NCBI GenBank assembly: GCA_964454195.1
Contig: CAYVRD010000002.1
Span: forward strand, 1-52,935
DNA: 52,935 nucleotides
Direction of reading: 5' to 3'
Source: an uncultured Clostridia bacterium
Lineage (GTDB): Bacteria; Bacillota; Desulfitisporia; Desulfitisporales; JAWSUQ01
The notes beneath the pieces are model-generated. The model was not told the origin of the DNA. It made no database searches and saw only the letters and a program-made list of their open reading frames with translations. The position numbers were made by a program, and so were the translations under genes. Each line of letters opens with the position of its first letter. The stretch's first letter is position 1. Of the stretch, positions 1 to 10,167 are shown piece after piece.

Positions 1-2029
1 CAGTATACTTGAAAAAATCAGTATTGATTTGATTAGAAATCTCTGAAGCGCTATTAGATCTATTTTCCTGAAGAATTTTATTAATATTCTCTACACCATA
101 CACTTCCCCATTAATACCAACTTCCTCAATTAATCCATCGGTGGTTAAGAACAGCAGCGATCCCTGAGGCAGATAGGTTTTAACGTTTTCAAACATGGCA
201 ATTTCTGGACTTATAACAGCCGAGATGGGAACTCCTACACAATCTAGCTCAATATTCTCTCCTTCTGGAGAAATTATAATAGGGGCAATCTGCATTCCTG
301 CACTGCAACAAATCAATTCATAGGTCTTTAGGTTCAACACTCCACATGTTAAGCATACAAAGTAGTCATCGGGAAATTCCTCTTGACAGTAGCTTCGATG
401 GAGGTGCTCCAATACCTCCTTTGGTGATAAGTGCTCTTTAGCTCTGATTTTGTCATTTATGTAGCCATCTATTGAGTTTTTAACAAAAATATTGAGTAAA
501 GCTCCATCTAGGCCATGTCCACTTACATCTGACAAATAGAAAAATAGCTTTTCATCTTCTAATTGTTTAATAAAATAAAAATCTCCACCTAGGCTTTTAG
601 CAGGTTGAAAATGGGATGCTATACCGATATTTGGGAAGGTAGGCATCTCCTTAGGCAAAAATTGCTGATGGATTAAGTAAGCTTTATCTATATCTGCTTT
701 TATAGTGTCATAAGCTAGTTCTAGCTGTACATTTTTTTCTTCTATTTGCTTTGAATATTTTTTCAACTCTGCTTCCCATTTTTTCCGCTCAGTAATGTCT
801 CGCATTTCAATTAGGCTAGCATTATGCCCTCTCCAAAATAATTTATTACATTTGATCTCCAAGGTAACAGCATGACTTTCATTGATTAGCTCAATTTCCT
901 TAGCATTATCCCCTAACATATGATCAATTTTTAGCTTAGCTTTAAAATCCTCACCAAATAACTCAATATAATTATGTGCTGAAGGATTTATAAAGAGATA
1001 TTCCCCATTTTCCCCCACCACTATTAAACCATCGGAGCTTTTTTCGATAAGTATGTCCACATTTTCCTCTGCAGCCAACCTTTGGCTTAACTCATATTGC
1101 AATTTTTTTTCTGCTCTTCTTTTTTCACTTATTACAAAATACAAGGCTAAGCTTCCAATAAATGTTATGGATGATAAGCCCATAGTTTGTTTAATATGCA
1201 AAATTCTTGCTAAGGTATCACTGCGATCCTTGACTATTTTAATATAGCCTTTTACCTCCCCAGAGTAATCACTAAAAGGTATTAGCTCAAAGCGGTAGTT
1301 ACTGTCAGCAGATTCTAAAAAGATAGTTTGGCCTTGCTTTACTGGGGATAGAGCTTCTTCATCTAATAGCCATCTATCTTCTGTAGCTGTAGCCGCTATC
1401 AAATTATTCTCCCGCCCATTGTAAGGATAATTTCCAAATATATATAGAAATATTTCTCTGGAAAAGCCAATCTTGTCTTGTAGCTTAAAAATGAAATTTT
1501 CTCCAAAATCCATACCACACTCTACTGATCCAATATGGACTCCTTGGTGGAATATTGGCACTACAACTCTATGACTAAAGCCAGCTATCCCCTCCTCCAG
1601 CCCCTTAGTTATTACCAGTTGCTGATTGGCATGATTGACTGTATGTCTAAATCCCTTCAAGCTGTCACCATACTGGTGGGGTAAGTGCAAGCGCAAAAAA
1701 GATGTTGAGTCAGGTAAATGAAAATGAATGATTGGGATCTCGTTACTGACAACCTCATAGCTGGGAAGCAGCATTTCTAATAATCTCTCCCGATCCCCCT
1801 CGCTAAAGGTGCGCTGGATAGCCCAGTTATTAGCCAGCGTAAGGGCCATTGTGCTGCTAAGATTAATCTGCCTCTGCATTTCAATATCTACTATTTCAAC
1901 TATTTTTTCTGACTCGGCTATTTCCTGGCCTTCTAATTCCTTAATCTGATCATAAAAATAGGCATAACTGATACCTAATAAAAAGAAACAGATAGCTAAT
2001 ATAAAAAATGCGCTATTCTTCTTGGACAT
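1..2029 (-). CDS. Membrane sensor phosphatase with TM, Cache-like extracytoplasmic domain, TM, PAS and PP2C/SpoIIE phosphatase domain. The C-terminus runs off the left edge of the window.
   Basis: This ORF is absent from the track because it has no stop in the window. My own translation from the ATG at 2027-2029 (MSKKNSAFFILAICFFLLGISYAYF...) stays in one frame down to position 2. It contains FHLPDSTSFLRLHLPHQYGDSL (Cache-type), a PAS-like segment, and SLGGDFYFIKQLEDEKLFFYLSDVSGHGLDGALL (SpoIIE/PP2C signature). Confidence 0.8.
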   Translation of the reverse strand, partial: MSKKNSAFFILAICFFLLGISYAYFYDQIKELEGQEIAESEKIVEIVDIEMQRQINLSSTMALTLANNWAIQRTFSEGDRERLLEMLLPSYEVVSNEIPIIHFHLPDSTSFLRLHLPHQYGDSLKGFRHTVNHANQQLVITKGLEEGIAGFSHRVVVPIFHQGVHIGSVECGMDFGENFIFKLQDKIGFSREIFLYIFGNYPYNGRENNLIAATATEDRWLLDEEALSPVKQGQTIFLESADSNYRFELIPFSDYSGEVKGYIKIVKDRSDTLARILHIKQTMGLSSITFIGSLALYFVISEKRRAEKKLQYELSQRLAAEENVDILIEKSSDGLIVVGENGEYLFINPSAHNYIELFGEDFKAKLKIDHMLGDNAKEIELINESHAVTLEIKCNKLFWRGHNASLIEMRDITERKKWEAELKKYSKQIEEKNVQLELAYDTIKADIDKAYLIHQQFLPKEMPTFPNIGIASHFQPAKSLGGDFYFIKQLEDEKLFFYLSDVSGHGLDGALLNIFVKNSIDGYINDKIRAKEHLSPKEVLEHLHRSYCQEEFPDDYFVCLTCGVLNLKTYELICCSAGMQIAPIIISPEGENIELDCVGVPISAVISPEIAMFENVKTYLPQGSLLFLTTDGLIEEVGINGEVYGVENINKILQENRSNSASEISNQINTDFFKYT

Positions 2030-2134
2030 TAAATTGCCCCCAATCTATTTAACACCTTTTTTGCGGTTAACTAATTTTATATTTAAAATAAACTATTTGC
2101 AACTATTTTCTATTATTTCCAAAAATATGTCGCA

Positions 2135-2165
2135 ATAAATAGAACAATCCCCCTTATGGAGGATT
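2135..2165 (-). terminator. Candidate intrinsic terminator downstream of tyrS
   Basis: The arms aatccccc (2146-2153) and ggaggatt (2158-2165) pair at 7 of 8 positions around a 4-nt loop. On the minus strand the hairpin is followed by GTTCTATTTATT. Confidence 0.35.
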
Positions 2166-2179
2166 ATCAAAGGTTATTA

Positions 2180-3412
2180 TTAAATTAGCATTTTCATGGT
2201 TGCCTTGTGGTAGGTTTTCTTTCCCTTGCGGATCTTTACACCATTTTTTAGCTGGTCGGCTGTAACTGCTACATCAATAGAGTCAACCTTTACCTCATCA
2301 ATGAATATGCCACCCTGCTGAATCAAGCGCCTCACTTCACTCTTAGAAGAAGTTATGCCACAGGCCATCATTAGGTCTACTACATTGATTGCGCCATCTA
2401 CCAACTGCTCAGCTAAAATCTCAGTGGTGGGCATGTGGGAATCATCTGAACCCCCGGCAAACAAAGCGTGGGCGGCATTTTTAGACTTTTCCGCTTCCTC
2501 TTCACCGTGGATTAGCTTAGTCAATTCGTAAGCCAGTATTTCTTTCGCTTCGTTTAGCTGACTGCCTTCCCATTTATCCATTTTGTCAATCTCATCTATT
2601 GGTAGAAAGGTCAGCATTCGGATGCACTTAAGCACATCAGCGTCAGCTATGTTGCGCCAATACTGGAAAAAATCAAAGGGTGAGGTTTTATTAGGATCAA
2701 GCCAGACAGCACCTTTTGCTGTTTTCCCCATCTTATTGCCTTCCGAATTCATCAGTAAGGTAATAGTCATAGCGTAGGAATCCTTGCCTAATTTGCGGCG
2801 GATAAGCTCTGTTCCTCCCAGCATATTTGACCATTGGTCGTCGCCACCAAACTGCATATTGCATCCGTAATTTTTAAATAGATGATAAAAATCGTAGGAC
2901 TGCATAATCATATAGTTGAATTCTAAAAAGGATAGGCCCTTTTCCATTCTATTCTTATAGCATTCTGCCCGCAGCATATTGTTTACGGAAAAGTGAGGCC
3001 CTACCTCCCTTAATAGCTCAATGTAGCTTAGGTTTAAGAGCCAATCTGCATTGTTTACCATTATTGCCTTATCTTCACCAAACTCTATGAATCTTTCCAT
3101 TTGTTTTTTAAAGCAGTCACAGTTATACTGAATTGTTTCCGGAGTCATCATAGAGCGCAAGTCAGTACGTCCCGAAGGATCACCTATCATGCCAGTACCT
3201 CCGCCTATAAGAACTATAGGCTTATTTCCTGCCAGCTGCAAGCGCTTCATAAGGCAAAGAGCCATAAAGTGACCTACATGCAGAGAATCGGCTGTTGGGT
3301 CAAAGCCAATATAAAAGGTTGCTTTACCAGCATTAATAAGCTCTTTGATTTCCTCTTCGTCGGTAACTTGGGCAATCAAGCCCCGGGCCACCAATTCTTC
3401 GTAGATTTTCAC
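2180..3412 (-). CDS. tyrS: Tyrosine--tRNA ligase
   Basis: The protein has a HIGH motif (HVGH), a KMSKS-type loop (KMGKT) and a C-terminal S4-like domain. The track start at 3433 is a TTG. AAAGGAG at 3421-3427 is followed after 8 nt by GTG (3410-3412), which gives the canonical N-terminus (M)[12 protein letters not shown], so I place the start at 3412. Confidence 0.93.
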   Translation of the reverse strand: MKIYEELVARGLIAQVTDEEEIKELINAGKATFYIGFDPTADSLHVGHFMALCLMKRLQLAGNKPIVLIGGGTGMIGDPSGRTDLRSMMTPETIQYNCDCFKKQMERFIEFGEDKAIMVNNADWLLNLSYIELLREVGPHFSVNNMLRAECYKNRMEKGLSFLEFNYMIMQSYDFYHLFKNYGCNMQFGGDDQWSNMLGGTELIRRKLGKDSYAMTITLLMNSEGNKMGKTAKGAVWLDPNKTSPFDFFQYWRNIADADVLKCIRMLTFLPIDEIDKMDKWEGSQLNEAKEILAYELTKLIHGEEEAEKSKNAAHALFAGGSDDSHMPTTEILAEQLVDGAINVVDLMMACGITSSKSEVRRLIQQGGIFIDEVKVDSIDVAVTADQLKNGVKIRKGKKTYHKATMKMLI

Positions 3413-3444
3413 TATACCATCTCCTTTGAGCAAAAAGTAATATG

Positions 3445-4611
3445 CTAAATATTTTCTAAAAACAATTTAAAAACGTTGGCACCACCGATCATGGTTCCTA
3501 GGGTGCTACCCAGGTTTGTAAAAACTACAATAAGTAAGATTCTAGTCACTTTGTTTCTCCAAAAGCCTTTTACTGTCAACACATCCTCTGATAAGTTTTC
3601 AAAGTCCTCTACCTTGGGGCGGTGAATATAGGCTTGGACAATTCCCGCAAACCAACCCGCTGCCATCAAGGGATTTAAGGAGCTCAGGGGCGCTACCACA
3701 AAGGCCGTGAGAATAGATAAGGGATGTCCAAAGGCCAGCGCTGCTCCTATAGCTGCTAGAAAACCGTTCCAAAGAATCCAACTGGTGGTTTGATCTATCC
3801 CAGCTGTGGGGTTAGTGTAGAAGGTATAAGCAATAATTGATATGATAAGCACGGGAATAGTCCAAGCAATAAGCTTGGGAATTTTTGAGCCCACAGGAAC
3901 TTGATTCAACGCTCCCAAATCCTGTTCCTTTTTTATTTCCTCTTTAATGCCCGGCACGTGGGCTGCTCCAACTACCGCAACAACTTTTTTCCCTGGCGCA
4001 TCCTTAATTTTCTGAGCCAAATACTGATCCCGTTCATCGATTAGAGGTACCTTTAGCTTGGGAAAAGCCTGGGTGAACTCCTCCAGCATGGCGTTAAGCA
4101 TGTCCTGGGATTTCATCTTCTCCAGCTCTTCCTCAGTTATTTTCTCATCATTAAAAATGCTATAGAGAATCTGCATGAGCAGCTTCATTTTACCCATAAA
4201 ACCTACACTGTTCCATATTCTGGAAAAGGTAACCTGGATGTTCCTATCGGCTAAGACCAGGCTAGCACCAACCTCTTTGGCTGACTCTATCCCCTGGATC
4301 ATCTCTTGACCAGCTTTAATCCCCAGCTGCTTGGCCACCCGCTTTTGGGTTGAGGAGATAACCAAATTCATCAACAGCAAGGACGCTTTTTTCTCTTTAA
4401 CAACCTTAAATATATCCATGTTTTTCCAGGAGTTTTCGTCTGTTACCGATTTATATCTTTGCTCATCCAGCTCCACACAAACCGAATCCGGTCGTTCCAG
4501 CTCTATTATTTCTTTGACCTCTTCTGCACTTTGCTTGGATACATGGGCTGTACCTATGAGAATAATCTCTTTATCGTCATTTAAAAGAATTCTAGTGATG
4601 TTTTGAGACAT
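3445..4611 (-). CDS. TraB/GumN-family (pheromone-shutdown-like) protein with C-terminal membrane segments
   Basis: The 388-aa protein has an N-terminal [17 protein letters not shown] motif typical of the TraB family, and its C-terminal third is hydrophobic. It has an ATG start with an AAGGAAG RBS. Confidence 0.8.
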   Translation of the reverse strand: MSQNITRILLNDDKEIILIGTAHVSKQSAEEVKEIIELERPDSVCVELDEQRYKSVTDENSWKNMDIFKVVKEKKASLLLMNLVISSTQKRVAKQLGIKAGQEMIQGIESAKEVGASLVLADRNIQVTFSRIWNSVGFMGKMKLLMQILYSIFNDEKITEEELEKMKSQDMLNAMLEEFTQAFPKLKVPLIDERDQYLAQKIKDAPGKKVVAVVGAAHVPGIKEEIKKEQDLGALNQVPVGSKIPKLIAWTIPVLIISIIAYTFYTNPTAGIDQTTSWILWNGFLAAIGAALAFGHPLSILTAFVVAPLSSLNPLMAAGWFAGIVQAYIHRPKVEDFENLSEDVLTVKGFWRNKVTRILLIVVFTNLGSTLGTMIGGANVFKLFLENI

Positions 4612-4693
4612 TATTATCTTCCTTTGCTTTTTTTAATAACTATAGTAAAGCACATATTATCCATAAATGCAAAGTATATTATGATGATTTGAT

Positions 4694-5902
4694 TCAAAAA
4701 TCATTTGCAATGGCTAAGGGAGCCAAGTCCTCTAAATGGGCTACCCACCCCAACTGGGGACGGGGCTTGTAAAGGTTTAGCAGCAGACTGTACTGATGAG
4801 TTTGATTTATTGGCTTAGAGTAGGTCACCGTTAGCTTGACCAGCACTTGGGTTTCATTCTTTTGGGAGCTAGTTACTTCTTCAATACCTTCAATTGAGAC
4901 AAACCTTAGCTCTTCTCTTAATCTGTCCCATAGCTGCTGGTTCTGCTCCACCCTACCTTGAGTAATGAGCTGAGTACTCTCCAAATCACCATTAGCCACT
5001 GCAGTTAGGAAAAGCTTGGCCAGTTCCACAGGAGTTGCCTGGATAACTTCTTCCAGCAACTGATTGCTTGCTTTAAGAATCATCAGCTGATGCCCCGGAT
5101 CCACTTGCCTACTTTTGTGAACCTTGCTTTCAGCGAAGTGGATACAAAAGTGCCCTTTAAACAGATTATCCATCACCTGTCCTTGACCATGAGGCATGGC
5201 GTTCATAGATGCAGCCAACTGGACATCTCCTACAGTCACAACTACTGCCCGCCGTTTCCAGCTCCAATCCTGATATATTTGCTGCATCACAGCTGTGTCA
5301 TCAGCGGTCAAAGGCTCCACATCAGCGTGGCAATTTCCGCCAAAGCGAAAAACCTGAAAGGTGTAGCCTGTCTCTAAATCTCTTACCCATGCAGTAGATT
5401 TGCGAGGCCACAGCTCATCAACCTGCTGCCAGGCCATAGGTTTTCCATAAAGCCGCTGGTCAAGTCTACTAGTCAGAAATAATAGCTGCTCCTTTAGCTT
5501 TCTACTGGCTAACCAGCCCCGCTGGGGGTCAAATATTTCCAAGTCTCTATTGGCGTAAAATAGCTTTTCTTCTCCACTGCCATAGGTTAATCTCAACCAG
5601 TATTTTTTTTCACGATAAGTCAAGCTGGTAGCTGGCTCAGTGGGGGAGATCTGGGCTTTATTTAACTCCTGGTCAAATCTTGCTAACCATGCCCCGTTAG
5701 TCATAGTAGCAACTGCACCCTTTTCTATAAAGCAATGACCCACCACAAGCCTCTCTAGCTGCCTTTCCTCTATATTCTCCTGGTGATAATTCCAAATTAT
5801 TGCACTTATCCCACCTATAGTAGCTAAGCATATAACAATCATTACTATAGCTCTAAAGCGAAATAGACCCTTTAGCTTCATCCCGCCACCCCATTCTTCC
5901 AT
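4694..5902 (-). CDS. Hypothetical membrane-anchored protein
   Basis: This is a 402-aa ORF with an N-terminal signal-anchor (FRAIVMIVICLATIGGISAIIW). I recognise no catalytic motif. An alternative start at M8 (5881) is possible. Confidence 0.6.
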   Translation of the reverse strand: MEEWGGGMKLKGLFRFRAIVMIVICLATIGGISAIIWNYHQENIEERQLERLVVGHCFIEKGAVATMTNGAWLARFDQELNKAQISPTEPATSLTYREKKYWLRLTYGSGEEKLFYANRDLEIFDPQRGWLASRKLKEQLLFLTSRLDQRLYGKPMAWQQVDELWPRKSTAWVRDLETGYTFQVFRFGGNCHADVEPLTADDTAVMQQIYQDWSWKRRAVVVTVGDVQLAASMNAMPHGQGQVMDNLFKGHFCIHFAESKVHKSRQVDPGHQLMILKASNQLLEEVIQATPVELAKLFLTAVANGDLESTQLITQGRVEQNQQLWDRLREELRFVSIEGIEEVTSSQKNETQVLVKLTVTYSKPINQTHQYSLLLNLYKPRPQLGWVAHLEDLAPLAIANDF

Positions 5903-5949
5903 TAATAGAGTTATCCTTAAATAAATCTATTAATGGAAGGAATAAAGTA

Positions 5950-6180
5950 TCACTTGGCGCAGGAGATTAGCTCACATATTTTCTTCTCTATTTTCATAGG
6001 AGATGTGGAAGGTGCATATCTACCTACTACATTTCCTGATCCATCAACTAGAAATTTAGTAAAGTTCCACTTTATTGCTTTGCCAAAAATACCCGACTTC
6101 TGCTCAGTAAGGTATTTAAATAGGGGATGGATATTTGCCTCCTTCAAGCTCTTTTCTGTATGTGCTATAATAAAAAGTAT
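5950..6180 (-). pseudogene. Glutathione peroxidase remnant, C-terminal part only
   Basis: The open frame runs only from the TAA at 6181-6183 and has no ATG; the track start is a TTG. The translation ...EANIHPLFKYLTEQKSGIFGKAIKWNFTKFLVDGSGNVVGRYAPSTSP... matches the conserved C-terminal GPx block (IKWNFTKFLV). The N-terminal part that carries the catalytic Cys/Sec region is absent, and the bioB promoter region occupies its place. Confidence 0.6.
6143..6171 (+). promoter_or_regulatory. Candidate sigma-A promoter of bioB
   Basis: TTCAAG (6143-6148) is separated by 17 nt from TGcTATAAT, whose -10 hexamer is at 6166-6171 (extended -10). It lies about 68 nt upstream of the bioB ATG. Confidence 0.4.
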
Positions 6181-6238
6181 TTAAATAAATAGCATAAATA
6201 GCAATATAATTTTATACTAAATTGGAGTAGGATAAAAT

Positions 6239-7207
6239 ATGAACTTTTCCCACAAGTTAAAATTAAGGGTAATAAACGGCTATGAAGTTACTAAAGAAGA
6301 TGCTTTATTATTGGCAAATGAAGATTTAGAGAGCTTATGCAGCGCTGCAAATCAGCTGCGCTTACATTTCTGTGGTCAGGCTTTCGATATTTGTGCAATT
6401 ATTAATGGCAAAAGCGGAAGGTGCTCAGAGGACTGTAAATACTGTGCCCAGTCTTCCTATTATAACACCCAATCGGCAGAATACCCTCTTATGGAAAAGG
6501 AAACTATTCAAAACGATGCAAAACGCAATGCTCAAAATGGAATACTGCGTTATTCTGTTGTAACCTCTGGCAGAAGTCTCTCGAATCAGGAGTTATACAA
6601 TGTGTGTGAAAGCTATCGCAGTATTGTTGAGGAAAAAACTAATATTTCCTTATGTGCATCCCACGGATTGCTGACATTGGAGCAGTTTGTAAAGCTAAAG
6701 GACGCTGGAGTTACTAGATACCACAATAATTTGGAAACCTCTCGAAGATTTTTCCCCCATGTTTGCACAACCCATTCTTATGATGATAAGGTTTCTGCCA
6801 TTAAAAGTGCCCAAATGGCTGGACTAGAGGTTTGTAGCGGTGGCATTATGGGACTTGGAGAAACAATGGAGGATAGAATTGATATGGCTATGGATCTCAG
6901 GTCACTAGGCATTCAATCTGTCCCTATAAACATTTTAAATCCTATTAAAGACACACCTTTTGAACACCTTGCCCTTTTAACACTAGATGAGGTTCGTCGT
7001 ATCGCTGCTATATTTCGATTTATATTACCACAAAGCTCTATTCGACTTGCTGGCGGAAGGGGTCTACTAGCTGATAAAGGAAGAAGTGTTTTTATGTCAG
7101 GTGCCAATGCGGCTATTTCAGGAGAAATGCTTACAACCTCAGGAATCAATGTGTATGATGACATGAAAATGCTTGAAGAGCTAGGTTTTCAGGTTAGAAA
7201 AATATAA
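6239..7207 (+). CDS. bioB: Biotin synthase (radical SAM)
   Basis: The 322-aa protein carries the CSEDCKYCAQS radical-SAM CxxxCxxC motif and BioB-like length and layout. It has an ATG start with an upstream GGAG. Confidence 0.92.
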   Translation: MNFSHKLKLRVINGYEVTKEDALLLANEDLESLCSAANQLRLHFCGQAFDICAIINGKSGRCSEDCKYCAQSSYYNTQSAEYPLMEKETIQNDAKRNAQNGILRYSVVTSGRSLSNQELYNVCESYRSIVEEKTNISLCASHGLLTLEQFVKLKDAGVTRYHNNLETSRRFFPHVCTTHSYDDKVSAIKSAQMAGLEVCSGGIMGLGETMEDRIDMAMDLRSLGIQSVPINILNPIKDTPFEHLALLTLDEVRRIAAIFRFILPQSSIRLAGGRGLLADKGRSVFMSGANAAISGEMLTTSGINVYDDMKMLEELGFQVRKI

Positions 7208-7209
7208 AG

Positions 7210-7235
7210 CCACACTGGTTAAGGTGTGGTTTTAT
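7210..7235 (+). terminator. Intrinsic terminator after bioB, placed between convergent genes
   Basis: ccacac (7210-7215) and gtgtgg (7224-7229) form a stem with an 8-nt loop, followed by TTTTAT. Confidence 0.7.
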
Positions 7236-7248
7236 ATTGCTTAATAGA

Positions 7249-10113
7249 TTATTCATTGATTAACTGGGCTCTAATTAATAAGTTTCTAATTGCAGTCGCT
7301 GCTTCAGCATAAGTAAAGGTGTCCTTTGGGGCAATGGTGTGAGGGGTTTTACCGTTAAAAATCCCTACGCTGACTGCTTTTTGAACATATTCCAAGGCCC
7401 AGTCTGCTATTTGGTCTTTGTCTTGAAAACTGTAAATCCGGTTGGTATCAGCTGCTGTCAGCTGAACCACAGCCATAGCTCGAGCGTACATGGTCATGGC
7501 TTCTTCTCGGCTAATCAGGGCATCAGGCTTAAAGGTTCCATCGGGATAGCCGGAAATAATGCCATAGCTAGATGCTATAGCAATAGCATCAGCTAGCTCA
7601 TGGGTCAAAGGTACGTCGCTGAATTTCACTGTTTTAGCTACTCCGGTACGGTAGAGTCCTAATCCTTTGGCCATGTACTGGGCAAATTCTCCTCTGGTAA
7701 TAAACCCATTTGGTGCGAAGTTTTCTGGGTTTTTGATCACTAGCCGGGAACCCATATCATTTACGCTTTCTCTAGACCAGTGGTTTTCCACTGTTGCCAC
7801 TTGGGCTGGATTCCATATGACTGTGTAGATGGAGTTTGTTTTTGAGTTTAGTCTAGCAAACCACCTGCTACCCTTTTGGTGTACATTTGTGGGGATATGA
7901 CTAAAGGTGCCGTCTTGGTTAAATAATACACCAGTAGTGATTTTGCTGGGGTCTATTCCCGTAGGCATCTCTATTTCCCTTGCTACATAGCTGCTAAATT
8001 GGGTCACTATGGTCTTCTGTACTTCTCCTGCTTTGTTTGTTGTCTTAGCTACTAGCTTAAACTCCACCGGTTGCACCAGCACTTGGTAGCCTTTTTCTTC
8101 ACCTAACTTGTATATTTCTTGGGTTGTGCTTTCGTCGGCAAATAGAATGTGCAATTCCACTTCTATTTGCTCTAGGGCTTCTGGATCTAGATTTAATAGT
8201 GCTGCAATTTTTTCTATTCCTATTTCTTGGGCCGGGATAATGTAATCTATTTTTTCCGTATTAATTACTAAAGTAAACTGGTTATCCTCCATTTTCTTGA
8301 TGATATCTCCCGTCAGAATAACGCGCATGGAGGTTGCATTCTGGGCTGCTATGGGAATTTCCACTAGGTTTTGACTTTGACCATTGACGATGATTGCTGC
8401 ATTAAATTCTGTAGTGGTAGGTGGTGTTGGGTCGTTGCTTGGGCTACCGGTGCTACCGCCTCCAGAACCTCCGCCGGAACCTCCTCCGCCTCCACTTGTT
8501 GCTGTCCAGCGGGCATTTAGAGTGACATCTCCGGTGATGGTAAATGTATCACCAGGGGCAAAGTTTGTGATGCCGTCGCTCCAGCCTTCAAAGCTATGTC
8601 CTGTTCTTGTCAGGTTGCCAGTATTACCCAGGACGGTGACGGTGGATCCACTTGTATAGGAGTTGGAGTCCACCGGAACAGTGCCGCCGGTATTGTTGTT
8701 GCCATTATAGGTTACTGCGTACCTCGGTGGTGCTTTTGGTATTACTGTAACTGGAATGGTCAGCTTCAGATTGCTATTATGCATCTGACTAGTCAGCACA
8801 AGGCTGTATGAACCGACAATTTCGGGATTCATAGTGACTATATTACCAGTATGATTTAGTTGAGGATTTAATTCATTAGATGTTGCAGGATCAAGTACAA
8901 AGCTTAAACCAGGGTCAGCACCCTCTAGGGTTAAATCGTAGCTCCCAGTAGCCTCTATGGTCACAGGTGAAGGGAGTGTGGTAAAAAATGCTTTAGGATT
9001 AAAACCCCCATTCTCAACCGCAAATATACCATTGGTAATCAAAGGACTTGAGGATGAAGATAGGGTGATGCTGACTGTGGCAAATAAAACATAAACGCCA
9101 CCGCCACCTGTTCCCCTGGCTTTAATGACACCGCCGCTGATTTCCGCTGTGCCATCAATAACTAAAACACCGTAGGTATCGCCACTGATTTGGGCATTGT
9201 TGCTGATGCTGGCTCTACCGTTGATATTTTGTACATAAACACCATAACCGCCTGTTCCCGTGGCTTCAATGACACCACCACTGATTTCCGCTGTGCCGCT
9301 AGTGCTAACACCCCTGCCGTTTGTTCCCGTCGCTTTAATTACACCCCCACTAATTTTAGCTGTGCACGATGAAGAAATTAGAAGGCCTATGCCGCCTGTT
9401 CCCGTGGCTTCAATGACACCGTCGCTGATGCTGGCTGTACTGTTGCTATCACGGACAAACATGCCCCAGCCGGAATCTCCCGTGGCACTAATTTCTCCCC
9501 CGCTGATTTCCACTTTGCCACCACTTGTGATAAAAACGCCCCTGCCCGTCGTTCCCGTTGCTTCAATGACACCGTCGCTGATTTTAACTGTGCCACCTTC
9601 ATTAAAAACGCTTATGCTGCCAGACCCAGTTGCTTTAATGACACCACCACTAATTACCACTCTACCACTTGAGCCTGAGACAAAAACACCCCTGCCCGTC
9701 GTTCCCGTTGCTTCAATGACACCGCTGCTGATGCTAACTGCGCCGCCGTTTACCCTAATGGTTGGATTTGCACTGCCACCACTACCGGTCACCTTGATAT
9801 CTCCACTGATGGTGACATCCCCACCATTTTCAATGATGATGGAATTGCTGTTTGTGGTGATGGTAGATTTTGTGGTTGATGTGATTTCTACTTTTCTGGT
9901 GATGGTTACGTTGCTTGTCAGATCAAAATCATCCGTTATATTGATGATGTTCACATCTTGATTTCCGATGGCTGTTTTAAACTGTGCCTCATTGTAAACG
10001 TAATTGGTGACGGTTTCATCCGCCGCCAGAGCTGTACCCCCTACAAAACACATCATACCAAGGACTACAATCATTCCTGCTATCAGCATGGGAATTTTTT
10101 TGCTTATTTTCAT
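7249..10113 (-). CDS. Large cell-surface protein: signal peptide, about 12 beta-helix-type repeats, Listeria-Bacteroides (Flg_new)-type repeat domain, Gly/Ser-Pro/Thr linker, and C-terminal SLH domains
   Basis: The 954-aa protein has an N-terminal signal sequence ending in ALA-ADE. It carries repeated ISGGVIEATGTGGxGVxV units and a YAVTYNGNNNTGGTVP...GHSFEGWSDG...TLNARWT domain. A GGGGGSGGGSGGGS linker follows. The C-terminus has SLH-like FSDVP...SGYPDGTFKPDALISREEA. The RBS is a strong AAAGGAGG. Confidence 0.85.
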   Translation of the reverse strand: MKISKKIPMLIAGMIVVLGMMCFVGGTALAADETVTNYVYNEAQFKTAIGNQDVNIINITDDFDLTSNVTITRKVEITSTTKSTITTNSNSIIIENGGDVTISGDIKVTGSGGSANPTIRVNGGAVSISSGVIEATGTTGRGVFVSGSSGRVVISGGVIKATGSGSISVFNEGGTVKISDGVIEATGTTGRGVFITSGGKVEISGGEISATGDSGWGMFVRDSNSTASISDGVIEATGTGGIGLLISSSCTAKISGGVIKATGTNGRGVSTSGTAEISGGVIEATGTGGYGVYVQNINGRASISNNAQISGDTYGVLVIDGTAEISGGVIKARGTGGGGVYVLFATVSITLSSSSSPLITNGIFAVENGGFNPKAFFTTLPSPVTIEATGSYDLTLEGADPGLSFVLDPATSNELNPQLNHTGNIVTMNPEIVGSYSLVLTSQMHNSNLKLTIPVTVIPKAPPRYAVTYNGNNNTGGTVPVDSNSYTSGSTVTVLGNTGNLTRTGHSFEGWSDGITNFAPGDTFTITGDVTLNARWTATSGGGGGSGGGSGGGSTGSPSNDPTPPTTTEFNAAIIVNGQSQNLVEIPIAAQNATSMRVILTGDIIKKMEDNQFTLVINTEKIDYIIPAQEIGIEKIAALLNLDPEALEQIEVELHILFADESTTQEIYKLGEEKGYQVLVQPVEFKLVAKTTNKAGEVQKTIVTQFSSYVAREIEMPTGIDPSKITTGVLFNQDGTFSHIPTNVHQKGSRWFARLNSKTNSIYTVIWNPAQVATVENHWSRESVNDMGSRLVIKNPENFAPNGFITRGEFAQYMAKGLGLYRTGVAKTVKFSDVPLTHELADAIAIASSYGIISGYPDGTFKPDALISREEAMTMYARAMAVVQLTAADTNRIYSFQDKDQIADWALEYVQKAVSVGIFNGKTPHTIAPKDTFTYAEAATAIRNLLIRAQLINE
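9085..9828 (-). repeat. Coding tandem repeats of about 19-25 codons (beta-helix repeat array inside the surface protein gene)
   Basis: Residues 96 to about 343 are built of reiterated (I/V)SGGVI(E/K)ATG(T/S)xGxGV units. The DNA is correspondingly reiterated and generates a long antisense shadow ORF (9260-9961). Confidence 0.7.
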
Positions 10114-10167
10114 GATTTTCTAACCTCCTTTTTCTCCAAAAGTTTCATTGTATAGATATCATCATTT

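Noticed and set aside
3101-3448. 115-aa plus-strand ORF, and similar 60-119-aa ORFs at 14279-14602, 21006-21332, 33019-33378 and 36107-36424
   Set aside because: All of them are embedded antisense or out of frame within well-supported longer genes (tyrS, katG, the SMC-like gene, the FMN-domain gene and the DAO-family gene). They have no RBS and low-complexity translations.
5933-6184. 83-aa plus-strand ORF over the GPx remnant
   Set aside because: The opposite strand carries clear glutathione-peroxidase homology (IKWNFTKFLV). The plus-strand translation has no recognisable features.
6148-6238. BirA operator upstream of bioB
   Set aside because: The region holds only loose AT-rich symmetry (tgctat...atagca with unequal arms, and a tatttaaata palindrome). 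I found no convincing long inverted repeat of the BirA-operator type.
9085-9828. Reiterated DNA that could be mistaken for a CRISPR or other non-coding repeat array
   Set aside because: The repeats are in-frame coding units of a continuous 954-aa ORF. Unit lengths vary and there are no unique spacers.
9260-9961. 233-aa plus-strand ORF (MASMTPPLISAVPLV...), the longest non-annotated ORF in the track
   Set aside because: It lies entirely antisense to the repeat array of the surface-protein gene. Its Pro/Leu/Thr-rich repetitive translation is the mirror image of the Gly/Thr/Ser repeats, which makes it a shadow ORF with no RBS.
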